The translations under genes and the position numbers were made by a program. A DNA stretch of 64,000 nt from a virus: the IMG/VR virus record IMGVR_UViG_3300044580_000410, positions 20,720 to 84,719 of that record; one strand, given 5' to 3'. Position 1 is the stretch's first letter. Each line of letters starts with the position of its first letter. Under the pieces are notes generated by a model. That model made no database searches, had not been told where the DNA came from, and saw only the letters and a program-made list of their open reading frames with translations. Below, piece by piece: positions 39,257 through 47,600 of the stretch.

Positions 39257-39897
39257 AAACTGACAATTTCAAAATGTTGCCATAATTCTTGTGGATTACA
39301 GATAAAATATGTATTGTCAAATGATACCTTTATTTCCCCCCACCCCGGAGCATTAAAATCTATATCTGTAATTTGAATTTCTTCTCCTTTTTCTATAATC
39401 CAATCCTTTTTCCTTATATCGGATTCCTGGTATCTAAATTGATGCAGTTTGCTAGATATTGCATATTTTGATCTAGATCTTATTATACTCCGGGGTTTTA
39501 ATTCCGTCATTCTAATTATTTCTAAGGAACTTGTCCACTCTGGCCATTTATTTTTAAAATCATACCAATCAGTTGAATCCTTGCCAAAATGAATTGGATA
39601 ACCATTAACTACGATGCTAAATTGATATTTTTCAATTCCATACCAATTCATAAAATATAAATTAACTCGCGTTTGCCTATCTTTAGATCCCCCTGGTTTT
39701 TTCCATTCTTCTAAACTTCTCATATAATGGCTTTGACTACCCATATCCGCTGGTCCTGTTTTAATAAGCCCCATGGGTTTAAGCTCTTTATCTACAGCAT
39801 TTATCATTTTGAATTCCTCATTACCTATCCCCATAGATTCCTTGGGATCTTCAAATCTTTTAAAGTTAAGGGTTTCATATATTTTTAAAGCCTTCAT
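39253..39897 (-). CDS. FERG-tag protein
   Basis: MKALKIYETLNFKRFEDPKESMGIG. Confidence 0.75.
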   Translation of the reverse strand: MKALKIYETLNFKRFEDPKESMGIGNEEFKMINAVDKELKPMGLIKTGPADMGSQSHYMRSLEEWKKPGGSKDRQTRVNLYFMNWYGIEKYQFSIVVNGYPIHFGKDSTDWYDFKNKWPEWTSSLEIIRMTELKPRSIIRSRSKYAISSKLHQFRYQESDIRKKDWIIEKGEEIQITDIDFNAPGWGEIKVSFDNTYFICNPQELWQHFEIVSL

Positions 39898-42476
39898 TCA
39901 AGACCCATTAATTTAGTATATTTACGAACAATTAATTCAAAGGGAAAAAGTTCTTCCCTGCTCATATTCTTAAAATTGTTTTGAATATTTCCCCATCCAA
40001 AATGATTAGTATCTGGAATAGATTTTAAAACTTCTTCGCCAAATGGTAATTGAAAATCACTATATTTGGAAGTTTGAACTAACTCCTGAATATTATCATA
40101 ATCTTTTTTTAACTTTTCAACAGGACGAATATTTCCAATTCTTAATTTTTCCTTATCTAATCCTCTTTCAAAATTAACAGATTCTTCGAGTTCGTCGATT
40201 GCTAATAAATATCCATTTCGATCAAAACAAGCCCGAAAAGAAGATTTGTATTCCGGTTTTATAATAAATACCCAATCATTTTTCCATGAATTCTTATATT
40301 TTCGAGGTTTTGCTTCTATATAATATTGTTTGAAAAATTCTTTATTTAAAAGCGAGAAAAAATAATCTTCAAAATTAGCTATTCCATAATCGCTAACTTC
40401 TAGCCAAAGATCCGTTCCGTTTCCACTTAAATTTATAGAACCTATATGTAATTCTTGAACTAATCGAGATAATCCCTTCAAGACTTTTGCTTTAAGGCCG
40501 ATACCCATAGATTTCTTAGGATCAATGCCTCTTTCAAAATTAACAGATTCTTTTAATCCAGGTTTTTTTCCAAGAAGTTCTGCAGAAGGTAACTTTATTT
40601 CTGAAAAGAACACATCAACATCACCATCCCCCATAATATCACAATTATAAGCATAATTATATTTAGGATTTTTTAAGTAACTTTTCACATATTCTCTCAT
40701 TTCCTTTTTCATATCCGATGGAAAATGATCCCCAAAAAGATATTCATAAGGCTCTAATATTTGATAAACTTCCCTTACTCTTTCTAAGTATTTTGGAAAT
40801 CCCGATGAATCCTGATAAACTTCTTCGAAAAATTTTTCATTTACATGGCCCTTCCCATCTCCATCATTAGTGTATATTTTTAAAAATTCTAAGTCGCTGC
40901 TAGTAATCTTATGGATCTTAGCAAAGCGTCCAATATCCATAGATTGTTTAGGATCCATTCCCCTTTCAAAATCTAATCTTTCATGAACCTTTGAAGCTGG
41001 TCCATCAAAGACATTATATTTCTTATCAACGACTTCCCATTTTTCAATATATTCTTTTATATGATTTAGTTCCATAAGGGAAGCATCTTCAAATTTTTTC
41101 ATATCCCAACCCCATGGATGAGGATGTCTCCGAGTAATAAAAGGAGCTAATACAGAGCTTCCCGTCCATTTCATAGGATCTTGCTCTATAATCCAATCTA
41201 TTAAAGCCTCTCTTCTTTCCTCGATCCTTCCTATTTCCATAGAATCCCTTGGGTCCATCCCCCTATTAAATTCTAATCCTTCCTTCATATTTGGAAACAT
41301 TTTTGATTTAATTTCTTTCATTTCTCTGAAAAGTTTTTTCCATCCGGATTCGGTAAGATCCTTTAAAGATTTAGAATTCCAGATAACTTGACCCTCTGGA
41401 ATTCCTTCAACAAATTTTACTTGAGTAACTAACCATCCTAGAGAAGTTTTTTGAGCTATATCAGGACCTATTTCCATAACTTGCTCTTTTATTCTTTCCA
41501 AAACGCGTCCTATCTCTAAAGAATCCAACGGATTTTCTTGACCGCGGACAAAATCGATGGATTCCGTTAAGGATAAAGATTTACCATTAAGAATAGGATA
41601 AATTCCAATAGCTTCTTTTATTTTCCAAATTTTGCTTTTATTTAAGAATCTTTTTATAAGCAGCTCCTCTTCTTTATTTGGGAATCTTGTTTTGGTATCA
41701 ATAGAAACCATATTCCCTTTATTAGAATCATCCATTGCAAAGCGAGATGATCCATAAGTTTTTACTTCCCCTTTAGTATTGATATATCCTAAAGTAGCTA
41801 CTTCATAATATTGTTCTCCAGCATAATCCGGCGGAGTTATTCTTTTAAATACCATAATTGTTTGATGAGGACTGTATCCATTATCGGGGCGGAGCAAAAT
41901 TTCTCCGGGGCGAAAATGCCCTCTTAAATCTCTTTTAATTTGCTCTGGTGTTTTTCCTCTTTCAAAATCTAAGCTTTCATCAATCTCTTCATCCTCAAAT
42001 TCTTCTTCCTCTATTTGCTTTTGATACATATCCCATAAATATTCTGCAGCATCGGCAATATCAATTAAAGCATAATCTTGATCTATTTCTTCATAAATCT
42101 TATCGGGGTTTAAAGAAGTAATTTTCCAATTCTCATTATCAATATATTCTGCATCAATACGAGGATTTGAAACTTTCATTTTTCTTAAAATTTCGCCATT
42201 ATTCAAATCGATCATATAAAGAATGGAAACTTCAAAATCTTCCATGATATACACAAATTCCCAATCATATTTTGGATGCCCTGCGGGATTATGAAAATTT
42301 TCTGGGGACACTTCATACTTCTGTTCAAGATCTAAAACTTCTCCTCTTCGAGTAAGTTCAAATGGAGATTCCTCGAATTTTTCAATTATTTGAGGAATTA
42401 AATGGTGAACCCCAATACGAAGGCTCTTTTTTGGATTTTGCCCTCTTTCAAATTCTATGTATTCTTTAATTATCAT
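39894..42476 (-). CDS. FERG-tag polyprotein with 7 tags
   Basis: Tags follow IIKE, IDE, LTE, MKE, VHE, LKE and LEE, each ahead of a different cargo segment. Confidence 0.85.
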   Translation of the reverse strand: MIIKEYIEFERGQNPKKSLRIGVHHLIPQIIEKFEESPFELTRRGEVLDLEQKYEVSPENFHNPAGHPKYDWEFVYIMEDFEVSILYMIDLNNGEILRKMKVSNPRIDAEYIDNENWKITSLNPDKIYEEIDQDYALIDIADAAEYLWDMYQKQIEEEEFEDEEIDESLDFERGKTPEQIKRDLRGHFRPGEILLRPDNGYSPHQTIMVFKRITPPDYAGEQYYEVATLGYINTKGEVKTYGSSRFAMDDSNKGNMVSIDTKTRFPNKEEELLIKRFLNKSKIWKIKEAIGIYPILNGKSLSLTESIDFVRGQENPLDSLEIGRVLERIKEQVMEIGPDIAQKTSLGWLVTQVKFVEGIPEGQVIWNSKSLKDLTESGWKKLFREMKEIKSKMFPNMKEGLEFNRGMDPRDSMEIGRIEERREALIDWIIEQDPMKWTGSSVLAPFITRRHPHPWGWDMKKFEDASLMELNHIKEYIEKWEVVDKKYNVFDGPASKVHERLDFERGMDPKQSMDIGRFAKIHKITSSDLEFLKIYTNDGDGKGHVNEKFFEEVYQDSSGFPKYLERVREVYQILEPYEYLFGDHFPSDMKKEMREYVKSYLKNPKYNYAYNCDIMGDGDVDVFFSEIKLPSAELLGKKPGLKESVNFERGIDPKKSMGIGLKAKVLKGLSRLVQELHIGSINLSGNGTDLWLEVSDYGIANFEDYFFSLLNKEFFKQYYIEAKPRKYKNSWKNDWVFIIKPEYKSSFRACFDRNGYLLAIDELEESVNFERGLDKEKLRIGNIRPVEKLKKDYDNIQELVQTSKYSDFQLPFGEEVLKSIPDTNHFGWGNIQNNFKNMSREELFPFELIVRKYTKLMGLE

Positions 42477-43252
42477 TTTGAGATTAAAACATTATTTGAA
42501 ATAGCTGCTTGTTTAGCCTGCTGAACCAATCCTGTATTTACCCCTGGAGTTGCAGGCATTTTTGCATCCAAAGCAGTAGCCATAGTTTGTAATAATGGAA
42601 ATAAAACTTCTCCTAAAACAGCATGATAATAAGGACCTGGACCTAACTTGGTTGCCTGATTGCCACTTGCTACAACTTCGTCAGCATTTATACTAACTTT
42701 AGCTGCAGCAGAAACATTAACTTCATTTTTAGTAACGATATTAAGCTTATCCCCATCTAACTGTATTAAAGATTCTTGATTTGCATGTTCAATTGTAATC
42801 ATACTATCAGGCGAAATTTGAATAAAACTTCCGCGATAATACATTTGCATTCCACTATTTCTTTGATATATGATAGTTAATTCTTCATCGGGATCGTAGA
42901 GTAATACATGAGTTCCATCATAGTCATCTTTAATCCTTTCAATTAATTGGGTATCAATATTTTGAATAGTAGTATATTCAGGGGAATAAATATCACCATT
43001 ATTAAACTGAACACGAACTATTTGTCCAATTTTAGGAATAGAAATAGATCCAGCTCCATCACTAGCAAAAACAGTTGAATTAATTGGGACTGCCCAAGGA
43101 AGATCTTTGGAACTTAAGTGATCCATTAACCTATAAACACGAACTTGGCACCTACCAGAAAAAGTCGGGTCAATATTGTTCGAGATAACGCCTAACCAGT
43201 CGTTATCGTGAAGATCCTTCATTGTTAAATGTAAGCCGTCTGGTAATTGCAT
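42473..43252 (-). CDS. Baseplate hub/spike protein (gp5 N-terminal OB-fold-like)
   Basis: GVISNNIDPTFSGRCQVRVY...LPWA...PKIGQIVRVQFNNGDIYSPEY. Confidence 0.85.
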   Translation of the reverse strand: MQLPDGLHLTMKDLHDNDWLGVISNNIDPTFSGRCQVRVYRLMDHLSSKDLPWAVPINSTVFASDGAGSISIPKIGQIVRVQFNNGDIYSPEYTTIQNIDTQLIERIKDDYDGTHVLLYDPDEELTIIYQRNSGMQMYYRGSFIQISPDSMITIEHANQESLIQLDGDKLNIVTKNEVNVSAAAKVSINADEVVASGNQATKLGPGPYYHAVLGEVLFPLLQTMATALDAKMPATPGVNTGLVQQAKQAAISNNVLISK

Positions 43253-43254
43253 AA

Positions 43255-45381
43255 TTATTTATTTTTAATAGGTTCGCTTAAATCTTCACTTGGTTTTGGT
43301 CTTGGAAGTTTTTCTTTTACTAATTCATTTTTTGAAATGCCTCCAAAGAAATATTTTCCATTTTCTATATCACTTTTTGTAGCTTTACTTACTTCTGCAT
43401 CCTCAATTTCGCCACCTTGAATTTCTGATTTAGGTTTACTTCCTGAAAAATTAGGTTTTTGTAATTCGTCCCTTTTGGAAGTTGCTAAACTTGGAGCAGC
43501 ACTTTCCAAACCGCCTTCTTCAATTCCCAAATTAGGTTTAATTTCAGAAAAGCTAGATTTTTCAAGATAACCTACAGAGGTTGCAACGCTAGGATTAGTT
43601 TCTTGCCCTTCGTCCTTTTGAATATTTCCATCTGTAGATCCTATTTTTACTTTAGATAGAGTTTTTCCTTCAATTGAACCAGAAGTAGAAGTGCTTAGCG
43701 GAATTCCCTTATAGACTAAAGATTGTCCTGTGATCGTAGGATCTCCATCTAAATCTGTTGCTTTTGATCTATCATTAGAAGTTAAAATATTTACTTGGGA
43801 TTTTAATCCTTCGGGGTTCTCAATAGATTTCCCTATATTAACTTCATTATATATTTGAGAAATAAGATCTGTAGCTTTTGACATATCTTTTATTTCTTCC
43901 CATATTCCTTGATCGTTCAAAATTTTATTTGCTGCTCTTACTAAATTCTCTGTTCCATTTGTTGCTTCGGATTTAGCTATCTTTGAAACAAATTCTCTAA
44001 AAGAAGTATCTATAAGCTTATTGGAAAGTTCTTGAGAAGGCATCGTAGGGGCTAAGTCCTGAGTCATAGCTTGACGAACAAGGCCAAAAACAACAAAGAT
44101 ATTTTTACTTTGTGCAGCTGCAAGGGCTTCATTAAAGGAAACTCCTAACCCAGGTATTTTAGTCATCTTAGCTTTTCCAACTGCAGTATCTAAAAGATTT
44201 TCTGCAAATGCTTTTCCGAATTTGATAGTATTTCCTATCCATGTTGGCGGTTGAATGGCCTGAGATGCGTTGGAAAGATTAGATTCCCCGGATCCACCCG
44301 TTTCAACAAAAGGCTGTCCGGATGTATGAGAAGCTTTTTCCCCATAATCCATATCAGGATTTATATATGCTCTTGCTTCAGTATTAGCTGAGATTTTTAA
44401 AGGATTATAAGGAATATCCTCTTGCATGATAATAGGAACACTCACCCCTCCTAGATTAACTGGAATAGATTCTCCTTTAAGCATTGAAAATTCTACGCTT
44501 CTTTCTAATCCATTGATAATTCGATCTGTATAGTAATAATCAAGAATAGAATTTCTATATTCCTCTGTTATAGTTCCAACTTTAATGTCAAAAGATATTT
44601 CGGCCATTTGAGGATCCGTTACATTAAGATCGTTGAATTGAGAATTAAATGATGTAATGTCAAATTCACATCTTTCGCAATGAATAACATAAGTAGGCAT
44701 TAAATCGTCAATAGCCGTTAAAACCATATTAGGAACTTCAGAACCTGGAAAAGTTTTTGGTTTTTGTTCTGAAGGATTTGTAGTTAATGTAGATTGATGA
44801 AATGTTCTGAATTCTGTAATGTAAATATCCATCATAAAATAACGCATCATATCGGGAAGGATCCATCTTTGATAAACATCATCCCATGCAATTTTGCGAT
44901 AAAGATTTAGGAGATGAATAATTTTCCAATCAAGTCCTTCAAACATCTTAATTGTAACTTTGCCATCTTTAGAAACCCTGATACCTCTTTTTGGATCTAT
45001 TTTTAATAAGGAGTCAATTCCTGAGATACTTTGGAAATACCATTGATAATTATTTTGAACAACATTCCATTTATCAATAAATTCTAAGAGCATTTTTTCT
45101 CTAACGAATTCATTAGCATCCCTTAAGAATTGCCTTGTAGAATAAAAATTTCTTGCATTAATATCATCCTGAGGCTCTGCCCTTTCAAATAATGGATGAG
45201 GCATTTTATCATAGTTTGTTAACTCAAGATTCGTATTTGCAGGTCTAAATCCAAGTCTAAAAGTCAAATAGGTTGGTTCATCAAAGGTTTTTGATATTTT
45301 TCCGCCAGCAATTACTCCGCTATTCAAGACTGAACCAGGAGTTCTAAAAGACTTAAAGATATTTTCAGCTAAGGTTGGCAT
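43255..45381 (-). CDS. Putative baseplate/tail structural protein
   Basis: 708 aa between gp27-like and gp5-like genes. Confidence 0.5.
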   Translation of the reverse strand: MPTLAENIFKSFRTPGSVLNSGVIAGGKISKTFDEPTYLTFRLGFRPANTNLELTNYDKMPHPLFERAEPQDDINARNFYSTRQFLRDANEFVREKMLLEFIDKWNVVQNNYQWYFQSISGIDSLLKIDPKRGIRVSKDGKVTIKMFEGLDWKIIHLLNLYRKIAWDDVYQRWILPDMMRYFMMDIYITEFRTFHQSTLTTNPSEQKPKTFPGSEVPNMVLTAIDDLMPTYVIHCERCEFDITSFNSQFNDLNVTDPQMAEISFDIKVGTITEEYRNSILDYYYTDRIINGLERSVEFSMLKGESIPVNLGGVSVPIIMQEDIPYNPLKISANTEARAYINPDMDYGEKASHTSGQPFVETGGSGESNLSNASQAIQPPTWIGNTIKFGKAFAENLLDTAVGKAKMTKIPGLGVSFNEALAAAQSKNIFVVFGLVRQAMTQDLAPTMPSQELSNKLIDTSFREFVSKIAKSEATNGTENLVRAANKILNDQGIWEEIKDMSKATDLISQIYNEVNIGKSIENPEGLKSQVNILTSNDRSKATDLDGDPTITGQSLVYKGIPLSTSTSGSIEGKTLSKVKIGSTDGNIQKDEGQETNPSVATSVGYLEKSSFSEIKPNLGIEEGGLESAAPSLATSKRDELQKPNFSGSKPKSEIQGGEIEDAEVSKATKSDIENGKYFFGGISKNELVKEKLPRPKPSEDLSEPIKNK

Positions 45382-45400
45382 TATCTGGTTATTTTTTTAT

Positions 45401-47014
45401 TTATTGTTGTTCAAATCCTTTTTTATCTTGAACTTTAACAGGTTCAACTGGAACAGGGGCGGGCCATTCTCTTCTTGTTAAAACAAATTTTTGCGAAAAA
45501 AGAGAATAAACTTGAGGAATATCCCGAGCCCAAGATAAAGTAAATCCTTTAACATAATACCATCCAGTATAGAAAAATTCCAAAGCTGCATCGGCAACAA
45601 AATTTTTATCTATTAGGAGGTTTTCAAAACGATTCTTTTGTATTAAAACAATAGGAACCTTATCCCCTTTAATAATATTTAAGTTAGAACCTTGAACAGA
45701 TATTTCTACATTTAATTTTTCCAATTCAACTCTATTCAAAATATTTTGTACTTGGGATCTAACATAATTTCTGTGATGGTTTCCTGTCCACTTAGAATTA
45801 TCCTCATCTGGATTAGAAATCGTATACTGAATTCCTAGCCAAGGGGAACTGTTATAAAGATCTGAATAACTATAATTAGCTCTTGCTGGTTCATTAGAAT
45901 GTAAAGAAGCATCCCAATTAGCTCTACCCCTCAATAAAATATGAGAATTTAATTTTTCCTGATCATAAGCAGGATCAATTTTGAAAGACCAATATTTGGT
46001 TTTTTCCGGATCATCATAAAGAACTTTATTATGTTCAAAGAAACAAGCTTGAACATTGGTTCCATATTCAAAAGTAATAGCTGAAGATTTATTAATGGGT
46101 TTCCAGTCTGTGATATAAAAACTTGTTGTCCTATATCCTTCGAAGTTTGAAAATACTTTAGGAGCCTCAACGGCTTCATTTGTATTACTTCCCCAATAAT
46201 ATTCTTTCGGAACATTACTTAAAGAAGCAGCTATATCAATTTCATCTTCCGATGAAAGTAATTGTTTTTGAACATTTACAAAATTAAAATTATAATAAAT
46301 ATCGATCCACCAGTCAAAGAAACTATTTTCATCTTTCCATGATCTTGAAGCTATTTCTTCGATGGAAATTTCATAACTGGTAGAAACAAACCATAATTGC
46401 TTATCATCTGTGTTTTCTTCGTTTGTATTAAATCCTAAGCCTAATGATTTAGCTATTTCTTTTAGAGCTTCCATCGAAGTCATTCCATTAAAAGCTACAG
46501 CTTTTTTATATCCTGAAAGGCCTGGTATAAAAAGTTCTCCAAAAAATGTAATTGTAATACCTGATTGAACAGAAGTACTTTTTTTCAAAGGGCTTACCCC
46601 AGTAATAACATAATCATTTCTGATAGGATGTAATAAATCTGTTTTATTAGTAATAGCAACAGAGATAATATCTCCATCTTTAGGCATTTCCTTTGTTAAA
46701 AATTTATCATTAGAAAAACTTAAAGTAAGGATTATGCTTGGAAGCCTTTTTGTTGAATCTATTTCAAAATAATCTATTTCTCCCCGAGAAATAAGATAAT
46801 CATTTATTTTTATGAAAGGAAATTCTAGAGAAGTTTTATCCTCTATCTTTTGAGCTTTGCCCCCTTGATTAGTTTCGGGCAAAGACATTTCATCCAATAC
46901 GATTGTTGGTTTGAATACATTATAAATTCTGTATTTTTCCCTTCCGGCATCGTTTCGATTAGCTTGTTTTGGTGGTTCGCTATCCCCAACTGGATTAAAT
47001 GTATAATCAGCCAT
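45401..47014 (-). CDS. Baseplate hub protein (gp27-like)
   Basis: C-terminal YTGWYYVKGFTLSW...QKFVLTRREW; syntenic with gp53 and gp5. Confidence 0.6.
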   Translation of the reverse strand: MADYTFNPVGDSEPPKQANRNDAGREKYRIYNVFKPTIVLDEMSLPETNQGGKAQKIEDKTSLEFPFIKINDYLISRGEIDYFEIDSTKRLPSIILTLSFSNDKFLTKEMPKDGDIISVAITNKTDLLHPIRNDYVITGVSPLKKSTSVQSGITITFFGELFIPGLSGYKKAVAFNGMTSMEALKEIAKSLGLGFNTNEENTDDKQLWFVSTSYEISIEEIASRSWKDENSFFDWWIDIYYNFNFVNVQKQLLSSEDEIDIAASLSNVPKEYYWGSNTNEAVEAPKVFSNFEGYRTTSFYITDWKPINKSSAITFEYGTNVQACFFEHNKVLYDDPEKTKYWSFKIDPAYDQEKLNSHILLRGRANWDASLHSNEPARANYSYSDLYNSSPWLGIQYTISNPDEDNSKWTGNHHRNYVRSQVQNILNRVELEKLNVEISVQGSNLNIIKGDKVPIVLIQKNRFENLLIDKNFVADAALEFFYTGWYYVKGFTLSWARDIPQVYSLFSQKFVLTRREWPAPVPVEPVKVQDKKGFEQQ

Positions 47015-47598
47015 TAGACCTTTTTGCTTTTTATAATTGTAGTTAAAAATTCACTTGAGCTCATTCCATTCTTTAAACATGCACTTTCTCCAATTCCTTC
47101 GCCAAAATAAACTCTACCATTTCTATGGACTATTTGTTTTGCCCCCTCCTCAGCAATATTTGGTGGCAATGCTCCATCTTTAAGATTTCTATCACTAAAA
47201 GCAACAGCAGTTTTGTCTTGTTTAGGAGCTTTTGTTGGATCAATATACTTATAAGAAAGTCTTATTTTATTTTCTGGGGAATCTGCTCCTTCTCCCTGTT
47301 TTTTAACATTATCCTGTGCACTATTTAAATCTGGAATAAGAATAATATCTCCAGGAGCAATAGCAAAAGCATTACTAATTCCATTATATTTTAAAATGAA
47401 TTCTGCATAAATGGTATTATTATAAACTGCTTGGGAAATTAAATCAGGCCTCATAGCATAATCCGTTGGTATTCTATAAGCTTGAAAACTAAGATAATTA
47501 TTAGTTTTAAAATTGAACATTGTTTGAGTTAAATCCCTAATTGTTGTTCCGTCCTCCTTTGTAAGTAAAGGCTTATTATCTATAGAATTTAAAAACAT
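47014..47598 (-). CDS. Baseplate wedge protein (gp53/LysM-like)
   Basis: RPDLISQAVYNNTIYAEFILKYNGISNAFAIAPGDIILIP. Confidence 0.8.
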   Translation of the reverse strand: MFLNSIDNKPLLTKEDGTTIRDLTQTMFNFKTNNYLSFQAYRIPTDYAMRPDLISQAVYNNTIYAEFILKYNGISNAFAIAPGDIILIPDLNSAQDNVKKQGEGADSPENKIRLSYKYIDPTKAPKQDKTAVAFSDRNLKDGALPPNIAEEGAKQIVHRNGRVYFGEGIGESACLKNGMSSSEFLTTIIKSKKV

Positions 47599-47600
47599 AA

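Larger units (their letters stand above)
10756..42476. repeat. Dispersed in-frame coding repeat (~60 bp) encoding the E-x-x-x-F-x-R-G-x-D-P-K-x-x-[ML]-x-I-G tag; 30 copies in 18 ORFs
   Basis: Counted in the translations; the DNA core aattttgaaagagg recurs on both strands. Confidence 0.95.

Noticed and set aside
10756..42476. FERG repeats as a CRISPR array, integron attC sites or DGR repeats
   Set aside because: Copies are in frame, vary mainly at synonymous positions, are non-palindromic and irregularly spaced; no cas, integrase or reverse transcriptase gene is visible in the window.
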